Made by a program: the position numbers and the translations under genes. This document shows, one piece after another, positions 48,017 through 58,784 of a stretch of DNA of 64,000 bases. Source of the stretch: Phaeocystidibacter sp. (GTDB lineage: Bacteria; Bacteroidota; Bacteroidia; Flavobacteriales; Schleiferiaceae); the NCBI GenBank assembly GCA_965659725.1, contig CBFHXG010000009.1, positions 1,391 to 65,390 of the forward strand, read 5' to 3'. Every line of letters starts with the position of its first letter. Position 1 is the first letter of the stretch. Under the pieces are notes generated by a model. It was not told the DNA's origin, searched no databases, and worked only from the letters and a program-made list of their open reading frames with translations.

Positions 48017-50619
48017 CTCGATGTTATTTGCTCGTAAAAATCTAAGTATTCTTCTACATCCTTCTCACGATAGAAGGTTTGATAGTTCGCGTCACTGATT
48101 GCAAATATGCGCATAATCTCACTACTAAAGAGTGAAGCGAACCTCGCGTGCTGCTGAATGCGCTCCGCATATTGAACCGCATCGGCCTGCTCAATAAAAC
48201 CGCTAACCACTAATATCTGCCTTTCTCTATCTAAAAAGATATTCTGCTGTTGCAAGTTCTGGAAGCGGTTGAAGTCTTTGTTGTAATCGCTTACCACGTT
48301 TCGCATCGTGTTCATGTCCCCCTGGCCATTAGGCACCACCACAACTACTCGATGTGGCGTCTTAGGGTCGATGGTATACGGCCCTTGAACCGCTTGTGTA
48401 GAAGCCTGAGACGAATTATCTACATACAAAAGCAACTCATTGGCTCGCTCCGACTCCAACGTGCCAGGATAATTCTCCACAACGTGGTTCAGCTGAGCCT
48501 CATAAGCCTCTGGACCATCTGTCTTGGCCAATGATAAAGCATAGATCAAGTCGAACTTAGGTCCTAAGGCTCCACCTCCATACGTGTCCAACCCGATCTT
48601 GGCCTGAGATTTTGCGCCGCTGTAATCCTTATCGGCATACATCTCATAGCATCTTGTATACGCGAGAAGCGCTTCTTTGTTCTCCTCTTCCTCCTTCGGG
48701 GTTTCTCCATTGAGCTGATTCGCGAACGTACTACCCGGATGTTGATTGTTCAATCGGGTTGCGATTTCCTGCGCCTTCTGGGTCTCGCCCTTCTCTTGAT
48801 ACAATAAGTACAAGGCATAAAGCGACATAGGAGAATATTTACCCTCTGGATATCTTCTCAATAAGGTTTCATAGGTGCGGATCGCTTCGTCTTTATCCAG
48901 GATCTCTTCTCGATAAATACCCGCCATTCGAATGTAAGCATCTTGGTTCTCACCGTGCATACTTTCTATGGTAGCCGGATCCTTGGGCACTTGCGCTAGA
49001 TAGGCCTCTACATTATACCGCTCCTCGCCGCTAGGACCAGGATTTCCTTCTACCAGTTCGTCCACCTCAACGTTAGTTTCATTGCCTTCTCCTGCGATAG
49101 TGGCAATGCTCGCGTTGGCCGACCTTCTCCAGTTATCGGTCAAGTCCCTTCTCCCCCATGTCTGTGTGAATTCCCCAATGCCTCGTGAACGAGTAGTTTC
49201 ATTGTAGAAATACCAGGTTCCTCCTGATAGGCCGGCTTGAGGGCCGCCACCTAAAGCGGCCGACTCTGCTGCGAGTTGTCGGTTCAATTCGCGATTTCGC
49301 TCCGCTTCAGCTTCGCGTTCTTCGCGCTCCTTCATTTCAGCAATGTAATCTTCAAAGATCTTGCGCTGCTCTGTTGGGCTCATGCTGGATAAGCGGATCA
49401 AGCTATCGTTGAGAGCGATGATTTCGATCTGCTTAACGAGGTCGTTCAAGCTGCCTCGGAAACGCTCCACATCAGGGTAACGGACGTGATTCTTTGGTAG
49501 GGATTGATAGCTTGAATCATAGTATGCTTGTGACTTAACGTAAGCCTTGAATTCAAAGTTGATTTCGGCAAGGACCAAATAAGAAAGTCCTTTTTGCTCC
49601 TGGTTGACCGTACTCATCCTCACGGAACGCTTCAACGACTCTTCGGCCAAGGGATAGTTCTCATCTTCCATCGCCAAAAGGGCCTTCACGTAGAGTATCC
49701 TATCTCGGTATTCCTTGTTCTTTTCGTCATCAACTAGATCTTCAAGATCTTCGTAAACCTCGCGAACGTCTCCTTGATAAACATCAAAGTTAAGCGCGCG
49801 TTGAAGTTGCGCATTCAAGTACAGTTCATAGTTGGAAGGGTGTGCACTAACTACTTCGCCAAAAGCCTGGCTCGCTTCAAAACGCAGTTGCAACTTCTCA
49901 TAAACTTGACCGAGGATGTATTGCCAACGTATTCTTTCTTCCCTGCTCGGCCCTTCCTCTATGGCCTTCTTCAACATCTCGGAAGCCTCGAGCCAATTCT
50001 CCTTCGAGATCTCAAGTTCGGCCATGGATGCCAGCACATGCGGCTTCAGTCGGTTGCTAACGTCACCGTTGTTGTACACCTCATCAAAATGACCTCTCGC
50101 AGCATATTCGTTGCCAATTCTCGTATTCGCTCTACCGGCCCAGATCTGTGCTTCTAAGGCTTGCTCGCTCTTCGGGTGGCGTTGGATCACGTAATTGAAA
50201 CCCTCCAAGGCCTTGAAGTAATCCTGCTTCATGAAATTGGCCTTTGCCAACAAGATGTAAGCGTCTATTACGTAAGGGTTCTTTTGCTCACCACCTATGG
50301 CCATGCTGTGCTCTCGGATCGTCTTAACCGACTTCTCGATGGCACGATCCATTTGAGGCACTACCGCTTGAGCTTGCTCCACCGATCCAAAGGGGTAGAT
50401 ATCAAGCATCTCATCGTATCTATCCTCATGACCGGTCACCAATGAATTGTAACCTTGCTGATACGATTGCTCGCCATTGAACAAGATGTTGAACTTGGCT
50501 GTCGTTCTGTGGTAGGTACGACTGAAGAAGTTGTCCTTTTGTCTACTACATGACACTGTTGTCATGAATAGAATGAGGACTCCAATTAGAGATGATATGC
50601 GAAGACGATTGCTAGTCAC
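48013..50619 (-). CDS. sprE: TPR lipoprotein, T9SS/gliding component SprE (PorW)
   Basis: Lipobox VSC, YH..TA.FN..FNG, WYFYN, WG.R.L.DNWR; TPR repeats. Confidence 0.8.
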   Translation of the reverse strand: MTSNRLRISSLIGVLILFMTTVSCSRQKDNFFSRTYHRTTAKFNILFNGEQSYQQGYNSLVTGHEDRYDEMLDIYPFGSVEQAQAVVPQMDRAIEKSVKTIREHSMAIGGEQKNPYVIDAYILLAKANFMKQDYFKALEGFNYVIQRHPKSEQALEAQIWAGRANTRIGNEYAARGHFDEVYNNGDVSNRLKPHVLASMAELEISKENWLEASEMLKKAIEEGPSREERIRWQYILGQVYEKLQLRFEASQAFGEVVSAHPSNYELYLNAQLQRALNFDVYQGDVREVYEDLEDLVDDEKNKEYRDRILYVKALLAMEDENYPLAEESLKRSVRMSTVNQEQKGLSYLVLAEINFEFKAYVKSQAYYDSSYQSLPKNHVRYPDVERFRGSLNDLVKQIEIIALNDSLIRLSSMSPTEQRKIFEDYIAEMKEREEREAEAERNRELNRQLAAESAALGGGPQAGLSGGTWYFYNETTRSRGIGEFTQTWGRRDLTDNWRRSANASIATIAGEGNETNVEVDELVEGNPGPSGEERYNVEAYLAQVPKDPATIESMHGENQDAYIRMAGIYREEILDKDEAIRTYETLLRRYPEGKYSPMSLYALYLLYQEKGETQKAQEIATRLNNQHPGSTFANQLNGETPKEEEENKEALLAYTRCYEMYADKDYSGAKSQAKIGLDTYGGGALGPKFDLIYALSLAKTDGPEAYEAQLNHVVENYPGTLESERANELLLYVDNSSQASTQAVQGPYTIDPKTPHRVVVVVPNGQGDMNTMRNVVSDYNKDFNRFQNLQQQNIFLDRERQILVVSGFIEQADAVQYAERIQQHARFASLFSSEIMRIFAISDANYQTFYREKDVEEYLDFYEQITSR

Positions 50620-50753
50620 GGTGTGAACAACATGAAAAGCGCAAAATTATTTTAATTATTTCGAGGGATTTGCCCTTTCGGTAAGTAATTACTCCTTTTG
50701 GGTCAAATGGGATTACGATATTTGCCCTTCAACCACCACGCGAAGTTCGCTGA

Positions 50754-51608
50754 ATGAATAAGGAAGAGAAGAAAAAAGCACGAATTGAGAAACTCAGGAA
50801 CAAGTACCGACTTGTGATCTTGAATGACGACACTTTTGAGGAAAAGGTGTCGTTCAAACTCAGCAGGCTCAATGTGGTTCTTCTCGGTATTCTCAGTGCT
50901 TTTGTGCTCATTGCGCTTACCACCTTGTTGATCGCCTATACTCCGCTGAGAGAGTACATTCCAGGTTACGCCAGCACGAAGCTCAAGAAACAAGCCATTG
51001 AATTGGCCTCTGCTAAGGACTCCCTCGAGAACGTCGTGGCAAGACAGGGTCTATATGTAGATAACATCCGGAGGATACTCAGTGGCGACACCCTTCAAGA
51101 GGAGTTAGTTGCCGATACGAACGTTACGGTGAGCGACCGTGCCCTTGAGGGAGATATTTCCGAAGCCGACTCCTCCTTGCGGGCTTTTGCGGATGATGAA
51201 GATAATTTCAACCTCCCCACCGGTTCAGATGATATCTCCAACTTCACCTTCTTTGCTCCGGTAAAGGGATTGATCAGTGGAGAGTATGATCCTAGGGTAA
51301 ATCATCAAGCTGTGGACGTGGTTGCGCCAAAGAACACTCCAATAAAGGCTTGCCTTGAAGGAGTCGTTTTGTTTGCGGGGTGGACCGTCGAAACGGGACA
51401 TGTGATGATCGTTCAGCATACCGACAATTTGATATCGGTCTACAAACACAATTCTGCGCTTCTGAAATCACAAGGTGATATTGTGCAGGCGGGTGAGGCT
51501 ATCGCTATCATCGGCAATTCAGGCGAACAGAGCACGGGTCCGCACTTGCACTTCGAATTGTGGCACAATGGTATTCCGGTAGATCCCACCAACTACATTT
51601 CCTTCTAG
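50754..51608 (+). CDS. M23 family metallopeptidase
   Basis: H.AVD, YKHN, STGPHLHFE. Confidence 0.93.
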   Translation: MNKEEKKKARIEKLRNKYRLVILNDDTFEEKVSFKLSRLNVVLLGILSAFVLIALTTLLIAYTPLREYIPGYASTKLKKQAIELASAKDSLENVVARQGLYVDNIRRILSGDTLQEELVADTNVTVSDRALEGDISEADSSLRAFADDEDNFNLPTGSDDISNFTFFAPVKGLISGEYDPRVNHQAVDVVAPKNTPIKACLEGVVLFAGWTVETGHVMIVQHTDNLISVYKHNSALLKSQGDIVQAGEAIAIIGNSGEQSTGPHLHFELWHNGIPVDPTNYISF

Positions 51609-52075
51609 AACAAGCCTTGCTCTTGATCTTCAAACCCTTGATCGACGGCATTGGCATCGTTGGTTGCGGCGTTGAACGCTAGGCGATCACATCGCTCGTT
51701 CATGGGATGGTCGTTATGGCCTTTTACCCACTGGAAGCGCACATTTTGCTGACGCAATAGGGGAAGGAGCCGTTTCCAGAGATCCGGATTCTTCACTTTG
51801 GTCCATCCTCTTCTCTGCCAGTTGGTGATCCAGCCCTTGGAAATCGCATCAACTACATACTTCGAGTCGGATACCACTAAAACATCCATTCCGGTCCGCT
51901 TCAGGGCTTCGAGCGCAACGATCACGGCTAGTAACTCCATACGATTGTTGGTGGTTCGGCGGAATCCTTTGGCCAACTCCTTCTTGCGTTGGCCTGAAAC
52001 GAGCACTATTCCGTATCCTCCTGGCCCCGGGTTACCTCGAGACGATCCGTCGGTGTAGATCTGTACATCACTCAT
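51605..52075 (-). CDS. rnhA: Ribonuclease HI
   Basis: YTDGS..GNPG, TTNNRMEL, WVKGH, NERCD. Confidence 0.97.
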   Translation of the reverse strand: MSDVQIYTDGSSRGNPGPGGYGIVLVSGQRKKELAKGFRRTTNNRMELLAVIVALEALKRTGMDVLVVSDSKYVVDAISKGWITNWQRRGWTKVKNPDLWKRLLPLLRQQNVRFQWVKGHNDHPMNERCDRLAFNAATNDANAVDQGFEDQEQGLF

Positions 52076-52635
52076 GAAAGCAGCTTTTCGATCGCTTTTG
52101 GAAAATGGTCATGTTCGAGCTTTTGAACCTTCACTTGAACATCTTCGGGTGAGTCATTTGGAACTATAGCAACTTTCTCCTGAAGGATGGGCTCGCCTTC
52201 ATCGTAGTTTTCGGTTACGTAGTGGATGGTGATTCCCGACTCTCTTTCGCCGTTTGCCACTACTGCGCGATGCACATTCATTCCATACATCCCTTTACCT
52301 CCGTGTTTGGGGAGGAGGGCAGGGTGAATATTGATCATCTTCTTTGGAAAGGCCTCAATCCAGGTTTTGGGAATGAGTTTGAGATATCCGGCGAGCACGA
52401 TAAGGTCGGGGTTGATCTCTTTGAGAAGATCGAGCACTTTACCGTTGTTGATTGCCTCATTTCCGAAGATCGTGGTGGGGATTCCGAGGCGGTTTCCTCG
52501 CTCAATGATGCCGGCGGAGGACTTATTTGTAAAAAATCCCACAACTTCGACCGATCCTGAATTGGCGAAATAATTTACGATCTGCTCCGCATTAGAACCT
52601 GAACCTGAGGCGAAAATGACTATCTTACGAGACAT
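52072..52635 (-). CDS. purN: Phosphoribosylglycinamide formyltransferase
   Basis: FASGSGSNA, INIHPALLP, YDEG. Confidence 0.96.
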   Translation of the reverse strand: MSRKIVIFASGSGSNAEQIVNYFANSGSVEVVGFFTNKSSAGIIERGNRLGIPTTIFGNEAINNGKVLDLLKEINPDLIVLAGYLKLIPKTWIEAFPKKMINIHPALLPKHGGKGMYGMNVHRAVVANGERESGITIHYVTENYDEGEPILQEKVAIVPNDSPEDVQVKVQKLEHDHFPKAIEKLLS

Positions 52636-52746
52636 AACTACAACAATAAATCAGGCCTCAAAGATAGCTTTGCCCGTTGGTATATTGGCTCGATAACTAT
52701 TTTATCCTTTCTTTGCAGGCTGAATAAATCCTAAACTCTCACAACC

Positions 52747-52983
52747 ATGTCAGACATTGCAGCAAGAGTGAAAGCAATCATCGTAGACAAGTTGGGCGTC
52801 GACGAGAACGAAGTGACAACTGAAGCGTCATTTACCAACGACCTCGGTGCCGACTCACTCGATACCGTGGAATTGATTATGGAATTCGAAAAAGAATTCG
52901 ATATCCAAATTCCAGATGATCAGGCCGAAAACATTGCCACGGTAGGCCAGGCTGTCGCTTACATCGAAGAAGCTAAATCGTAA
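52747..52983 (+). CDS. acpP: Acyl carrier protein
   Basis: [17 protein letters not shown]. Confidence 0.98.
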   Translation: MSDIAARVKAIIVDKLGVDENEVTTEASFTNDLGADSLDTVELIMEFEKEFDIQIPDDQAENIATVGQAVAYIEEAKS

Positions 52984-52996
52984 AACTTCTCATCAC

Positions 52997-54250
52997 ATGG
53001 AACTGAAACGAGTTGTCGTTACAGGGATCGGTGCGTTAACACCGATCGGTAATACCGCTAGTGAATTTTGGAAGAATCTTGTGGCTGGAACGCCTGGTGC
53101 GGCTCCCATCACATTGTTCGATGCCGAAAAGTTCAAGACTCGTTTCGCCTGTGAAGTCAAGAATTTCGATGAACGAGATTACATCGACCGCAAGGAAGCG
53201 CGGAAGATGGATCGATTTTCTCATTTTGGGCTGGTAGTCGCCGACGAGGCGATTGCCGATGCCCGACTTGAGGAAAGTGATGTAGACAAAGACCGTGTGG
53301 GTGTGATATGGGGATCGGGAATTGGAGGTTTAGACACCTTCCTGACCGAGTCCATCAATTACGCCCAGGGCGATGGTACACCGCGATTCAATCCGTTCTT
53401 CATTCCAAAAATGATCGCCGATATCACAGGTGGACATATTTCGATGAAGTACAATTACCGCGGACCGAATTTCACCACCGTTTCAGCATGTGCTTCAGCA
53501 ACCAACGCGTTGATCGACGCCTACACATACATTCGTCTAGGAAAGGCGGATGTAATTGTAGCTGGTGGCTCTGAAGCAGCCGTTACAAAAGCGGGTATTG
53601 GTGGATTCAATGCCATGCACGCCCTCTCCACTCGCAACGACGACCCTGCTACTGCGTCCCGTCCTTTCGACAAGGACCGCGATGGGTTCGTAATGGGCGA
53701 AGGTGGAGCGGCGATCATCCTTGAAGAGTACGAACACGCTGTGAAGCGCGGTGCAACCATCTATGCAGAGTTTGCCGGTGGCGGACTTTCTGCTGATGCA
53801 CACCATCTCACCGCCCCTCATCCTGAAGGTCTTGGTGCCATTAACGTAATGCGCAACGCCCTTGATGATGCGGGAATGAAGGCCGATGAACTCGATTATA
53901 TCAACGTTCACGGAACCTCTACTCCTCTTGGCGACATCGCTGAAACTAAGGCCATCAAAGAGGTCTTCGGTGCTCATGCCTACAACCTGAACATCAGTTC
54001 TACCAAGTCTATGACCGGTCACCTACTGGGTGCCGCAGGAGCCGTTGAAGCCATTGCTTCGATACTATCCGTTCGCGATGGTGTAGTGCCTCCTACGATC
54101 AATCACTTTACAGATGATCCGGAACTAGATAATAAGTTGAACTTCACTTTTGGAAAGGCTCAGAAGAAAGAAGTTCGCGCCGCATTGAGCAACACGTTTG
54201 GTTTTGGGGGACACAACGCATCCGTTATCTTCAAGAAAGCAGAAGGCTAG
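52997..54250 (+). CDS. fabF: Beta-ketoacyl-ACP synthase II
   Basis: SACAS, HGTST, GHLLGAAG, NTFGFGGHN. Confidence 0.97.
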   Translation: MELKRVVVTGIGALTPIGNTASEFWKNLVAGTPGAAPITLFDAEKFKTRFACEVKNFDERDYIDRKEARKMDRFSHFGLVVADEAIADARLEESDVDKDRVGVIWGSGIGGLDTFLTESINYAQGDGTPRFNPFFIPKMIADITGGHISMKYNYRGPNFTTVSACASATNALIDAYTYIRLGKADVIVAGGSEAAVTKAGIGGFNAMHALSTRNDDPATASRPFDKDRDGFVMGEGGAAIILEEYEHAVKRGATIYAEFAGGGLSADAHHLTAPHPEGLGAINVMRNALDDAGMKADELDYINVHGTSTPLGDIAETKAIKEVFGAHAYNLNISSTKSMTGHLLGAAGAVEAIASILSVRDGVVPPTINHFTDDPELDNKLNFTFGKAQKKEVRAALSNTFGFGGHNASVIFKKAEG

Positions 54251-55004
54251 GCCTCAGTCTAACGGTATTTGGAGGCGCATTAAGCGGCTAACCTCTCGCA
54301 AACATCGCCACAAGAAAGGCGAGTTCTATCATCGCATTGCACAACTTATTGGGATCGAACCAAGAGATTTAGCTCTATACGAACTTGCCGTTCGTCATAG
54401 CTCTGCCTCCAAACGTTCTACATCTTCTGAATGGTCGAACAACGAACGCCTTGAATTCCTTGGCGATGCCATACTTGGCGCTGTTGTGGCGAAAGAGCTC
54501 TATCATCAGTACCCCGACAAGAACGAAGGGTTTCTCACCAGTATGAGAGCCAAGATGGTGTCGCGGAAAAACTTGAACAAGCTCGCATCCGAACTCGATC
54601 TATCTCCACTCGTTGTGAGCAAGCTCGACAGTAAAAAGCCGGCTCGATCACTGTTGGGAGACGTACTTGAAGCCCTGATCGGTGCGATCTATCTCGATCA
54701 CGGTCTCCACGCCGCCGAACGATTCATACGATCTAAGATCATCATGGATCACAACGCATTCGAAGAACTGGAGAATCAAGTGGTAAGTTTCAAAAGCACC
54801 TTCATCGAATACGTTCAAGGAGAAAGACTTAACCACTTCTTTAAATTGGAAGACAGGTGGGGTAAGAACCATAGCCTTACCTTTAAGGTGGGATTGTATC
54901 TCGACGATAAGAGAATAGCCGAAGGGATAGGGACAAGTAAGAAAAGAGCCGAAGAAAAAGCTGCAGAACAAGCCTGTAACGAATTGGGAGTAATCAAAGA
55001 ATGA
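54198..55004 (+). CDS. rnc: Ribonuclease III (start uncertain)
   Basis: NERLEFLGDAILG, DVLEALIGA, C-terminal dsRBD. Confidence 0.93.
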   Translation: MVLGDTTHPLSSRKQKARPQSNGIWRRIKRLTSRKHRHKKGEFYHRIAQLIGIEPRDLALYELAVRHSSASKRSTSSEWSNNERLEFLGDAILGAVVAKELYHQYPDKNEGFLTSMRAKMVSRKNLNKLASELDLSPLVVSKLDSKKPARSLLGDVLEALIGAIYLDHGLHAAERFIRSKIIMDHNAFEELENQVVSFKSTFIEYVQGERLNHFFKLEDRWGKNHSLTFKVGLYLDDKRIAEGIGTSKKRAEEKAAEQACNELGVIKE

Positions 55005-55498
55005 AATCACAAAAGGTCTTCACACTGAACGATGACGACTATGAAAGAAGCGACCTGATCTCGCATTGGGTGATTTCCTCTTCCCTACCCGACCACAAGC
55101 TAGTTTACCGCATCAATACTGCACTTTCTATCAACCTCCATAGGACCAAAGAAGATCATATCACCATCCTAAAAGGAGTGCGATTCTCTCACCCATCCTT
55201 CGTTTGGGAAGATCTCCGCGAAGAATTGAGCTGGTCTCTGATCACCAACAGAGGAAAATCATCAACAAAGGAGAATAGCTTGTTTGACGATTTTACCCAA
55301 AGCACAATACTGCCAGCATCTGAAAAGGTGGACTATATACTTACCTTGTATGGCGACCCTCTTCAGTGTCCTATAAAAGACGTAACAAGCGCCTTAAAGA
55401 ACGTTTCAGGCGTCCTGAGGGTTGGCGCACACGAATTGAGTAAAACGGCGCGAGAAGCGCTTGAAATTGAAATAGAAAACTATCATTCGAATGAATAA
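55001..55498 (+). CDS. IPExxxVDY-family-like protein
   Basis: ILPASEKVDY motif; position between rnc and pyk. Confidence 0.65.
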   Translation: MKSQKVFTLNDDDYERSDLISHWVISSSLPDHKLVYRINTALSINLHRTKEDHITILKGVRFSHPSFVWEDLREELSWSLITNRGKSSTKENSLFDDFTQSTILPASEKVDYILTLYGDPLQCPIKDVTSALKNVSGVLRVGAHELSKTAREALEIEIENYHSNE

Positions 55499-56906
55499 AG
55501 CAAAGATCGTTGCAACACTTGGCCCAGCATCCGCAAAAAAGGATGTTATGGTGGCCATGATCCAAGCAGGTGTAAACGTGTTCAGGATCAATTTCTCCCA
55601 CGGAGATCATGAGACGCATCGCAAAACGATTCGCTTGATCCAAGAGATCAATGAAGAGTATGACTACAATGTAGCCACTCTAGCCGACTTACAAGGACCC
55701 AAACTACGCGTTGGTGATGTAGAAGAAGGAGCCATTGTCAATGTAGGCGACGAGGTGATCTTCACTACCAATGAAACCAAAGGAACCGCCAAGAAGGTGT
55801 ACATGACCTACGAGCGCTTCCCTCAGGATGTGCAGGTAGGTGAACGGATCCTTCTAGACGATGGCAAGCTAGCCATGACCGTTAAGTCCACCAACGGGAC
55901 AGACGAGGTAGTGGCCGAAGTTGTACAAGGCGGGCCTTTGAAAAGCAAGAAAGGAGTAAACCTTCCCAACACCAAGATCTCGCTTCCGTGCCTCACGGAG
56001 AAAGATCTTGAAGACCTACAAGTAGCCTTGGAAGAAGGGGTGGAATGGATAGGCTTGAGCTTCGTTCGCAATGCGGAAGACGTTATCGAGCTGAAGCGCT
56101 TAATCCAAAAGTCGAAGAAAACAGCCTTTGTGATCTCGAAGATCGAAAAGCCTGAGGCTGTGATGGATATCGACCGCATCATGGAGGAAACAGATGGTGT
56201 GATGGTGGCTCGTGGCGACCTCGGAGTTGAAGTTCCGATGCAAAGTGTTCCATTGATCCAAAAGATGATCGTTGAAAAAGCCTTGGTGAATAGTAAGCCC
56301 GTTATCATCGCTACCCAAATGATGGAAAGCATGATCGATAACATGAGCCCTACCCGCGCCGAAGTAAACGACGTAGCCAACTCGGTACTTGACGGAGCCG
56401 ATGCCGTTATGTTAAGTGGTGAAACCTCTGTGGGTAAGCATCCAGTGGCCGTTGTGGAAGCCATGAGTCGAATTATTCACCATATCGAAGAAACGGCTGA
56501 GATCAAAGCTCCGGCCCACCCGCCTGTGGATCGAAACGAGAGGTACATCACAGACAGCATCTGTTACCATGCCTCTAACTTGGCGGATAGCGTGAGCGCA
56601 TCGGCTATCATGACCATGACATTCAGTGGTTATACCGGCTTTAAAATCAGCTCACACAGACCTAAAGCAAATGTTTTTGTATTCACTGCTAACAGGTCTA
56701 TCCTCAACACGTTAAGTTTGATATGGGGTGTTCAAGGATTCTTCTATGACAAGATGGAATCCACAGATAACACCTTTCACGAGGTAAAAGAGATCATTCG
56801 AAGTAAAAAATTGATGAAAAAAGGCGAATTGATGGTGAAGATTGCCTCCATGCCGATCCAAGAAAGAGGTACGACCAACATGTTGAAACTCGCAGAAATG
56901 GATTAA
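55491..56906 (+). CDS. pyk: Pyruvate kinase
   Basis: KIVATLGP, RINFSHG, VARGDLGVE, MLSGET. Confidence 0.98.
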   Translation: MNKAKIVATLGPASAKKDVMVAMIQAGVNVFRINFSHGDHETHRKTIRLIQEINEEYDYNVATLADLQGPKLRVGDVEEGAIVNVGDEVIFTTNETKGTAKKVYMTYERFPQDVQVGERILLDDGKLAMTVKSTNGTDEVVAEVVQGGPLKSKKGVNLPNTKISLPCLTEKDLEDLQVALEEGVEWIGLSFVRNAEDVIELKRLIQKSKKTAFVISKIEKPEAVMDIDRIMEETDGVMVARGDLGVEVPMQSVPLIQKMIVEKALVNSKPVIIATQMMESMIDNMSPTRAEVNDVANSVLDGADAVMLSGETSVGKHPVAVVEAMSRIIHHIEETAEIKAPAHPPVDRNERYITDSICYHASNLADSVSASAIMTMTFSGYTGFKISSHRPKANVFVFTANRSILNTLSLIWGVQGFFYDKMESTDNTFHEVKEIIRSKKLMKKGELMVKIASMPIQERGTTNMLKLAEMD

Positions 56907-56909
56907 TGT

Positions 56910-57149
56910 ATGAGTAAGGTAACTTTTAGAGAGAAAGATGGTGCACTTAAAGCATTAGTTGAATTTGAAACCTTTTTAGAGGGGATCGATTTCGTGCACA
57001 AGGTTGCCACTCTTGCAGAGGAGCACCAACATCATCCAGACATCGATATTCGATACACAAAGATCACCTTGACGCTTACCACTCACGACGCTGGTGGAGT
57101 GGTAACGGAAAAGGATAGACAGATGGCCAAGGCCATTGAAGCGATCTAA
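56910..57149 (+). CDS. Pterin-4a-carbinolamine dehydratase
   Basis: AEEHQHHPDI and LTTHDAG motifs. Confidence 0.9.
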   Translation: MSKVTFREKDGALKALVEFETFLEGIDFVHKVATLAEEHQHHPDIDIRYTKITLTLTTHDAGGVVTEKDRQMAKAIEAI

Positions 57150-57268
57150 CCGATTTCTACTGAGTGTAGTTTTCCAGTATTCCTAGAATATTGTTTTTCA
57201 AAAACTTGCATCGAAAACTTGATCAGGCAATTTCTGCTGAGTTTGGTTTTCACATACTTCACAAAAAC

Positions 57269-57300
57269 AAAAAAGGGCGCCAAATCGGCGCCCTTTCTTT
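57269..57300. terminator. Bidirectional terminator
   Basis: aaagggcgcc-aaatc-ggcgcccttt. Confidence 0.88.
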
Positions 57301-57316
57301 ATGGTTTTTTAGAACC

Positions 57317-58336
57317 TCAGACCACTCCCTTGAACTGGTTCAAGAAGCGAAGGTCGTTCTCAAAAAGCATTCGAATATCTGGAATATTGAAGCGCTGCAT
57401 GGTGATCCTTTCGATGCCCATCCCAAACGCATATCCGCTATACTCTTTCGGATCGATGTTCGATGATTCCAATACGGCCGGATCCACCATTCCGCATCCC
57501 ATCACTTCCAACCAACCTGTTCCTTTGGTCATTCGATAATCTGCTTCGGTTTCCAGTCCCCACCAAATATCCATTTCAGCACTTGGTTCGGTAAACGGGA
57601 AGTACGACGGTCTCAAGCGGATCTTCGTGTCAGCACCGAAGAACTCCCTTGCAAAATAGAGCAAGGTTTGTTTCATGTCTGCGAAAGAGACGTTCTTATC
57701 GATGTAAAGCCCCTCGATCTGATGGAAGATACAATGTGAACGTGCGGATATCGCCTCGTTACGGAACACTCTGCCAGGCGCAATGATGCGGATAGGGGGT
57801 TGTGATTTCTCCATTTCGCGCACTTGGACTGAAGACGTGTGTGTTCTCAATGCCCAATCCGGATCTGTGTGTACAAAGAAGGTATCCTGCATATCCCTTG
57901 CTGGGTGTTCCTCCGGGAAGTTGAGAGCAGAGAAGTTATGCCAATCATCCTCTATTTCAGGGCCTTCGCTAACGCTAAAGCCGATTCTTTTGAAGATGTC
58001 TACGATTTCGTTTCGCACAGAAGTGATCGGATGCACTGAACCGAGATCCAGCCCCTCACCAGGACGAGTGAGGTCGTTTTCATTGTGAAGAGGTTTTTGC
58101 TCTTCTAATTCAGCCTTGAATCGCAATACAGTTTGCTCTGCAGCGTTCTTAAGCTGGTTTACAGCTCTACCGTATTCCTTCTTTTCCTCGTTCGGAACAG
58201 ACTTAAATGCGGCAAACAGGTCGGTAAGCACACCTTTTTTGCCCAAATATCTCAGGCGAAATGCCTCTAGATCTTCGGCGTTCGTTGGCTGAAAGGCCTC
58301 GACGGCTTCAAGATGTTTAGCGATGTCTTGATTCAT
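57317..58336 (-). CDS. pheS: Phenylalanyl-tRNA synthetase alpha subunit
   Basis: HPARDMQDTF, FHQIEGL, RPSYFPFTEPS, AFGMGIER. Confidence 0.98.
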   Translation of the reverse strand: MNQDIAKHLEAVEAFQPTNAEDLEAFRLRYLGKKGVLTDLFAAFKSVPNEEKKEYGRAVNQLKNAAEQTVLRFKAELEEQKPLHNENDLTRPGEGLDLGSVHPITSVRNEIVDIFKRIGFSVSEGPEIEDDWHNFSALNFPEEHPARDMQDTFFVHTDPDWALRTHTSSVQVREMEKSQPPIRIIAPGRVFRNEAISARSHCIFHQIEGLYIDKNVSFADMKQTLLYFAREFFGADTKIRLRPSYFPFTEPSAEMDIWWGLETEADYRMTKGTGWLEVMGCGMVDPAVLESSNIDPKEYSGYAFGMGIERITMQRFNIPDIRMLFENDLRFLNQFKGVV

Positions 58337-58408
58337 GATTGCGGTATAGAGCGTGCTTGTTATATTTGTGCTGCGTCCGAAGGCGCAATATTACTGAATT
58401 TCACGCTG

Positions 58409-58774
58409 ATGAAAAATCTTCTACTCACACTCTTCGCTGTATCTGCAGTGTTCTTGGCCGGTTGTAATCGCGCCACAGAAGACCCAGAAGGCGAGGCGAA
58501 AGTATACGTTGTTGACCAGCAAGGTCGGCCTATACAGAACGCTCTTGTTGCATTTACCTCTCCGGTAAATGTTCCCAACGGTCTCGAAGTGTATAAACTA
58601 ACAAACATTGATGGTAGTGCTTTTGTAAAATGGGACTACAATATCTACGTCGATGTACGAGTTACAAAGGGCGGATACAGCGGCTGCACGGCGATCAACC
58701 TAGTTCCTGGAGAGACCCGAGAAAAAGAGCTTATCTTGTACCCGTTCGGCGAAACTGGAAACGGTTGCCCATAA
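58409..58774 (+). CDS. Small lipoprotein (transthyretin/carboxypeptidase-regulatory-like fold)
   Basis: Lipobox LAGC; V.D..G.PI.NA.V; start MKNLL. Confidence 0.7.
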   Translation: MKNLLLTLFAVSAVFLAGCNRATEDPEGEAKVYVVDQQGRPIQNALVAFTSPVNVPNGLEVYKLTNIDGSAFVKWDYNIYVDVRVTKGGYSGCTAINLVPGETREKELILYPFGETGNGCP

Positions 58775-58784
58775 TTTTTAGAGC

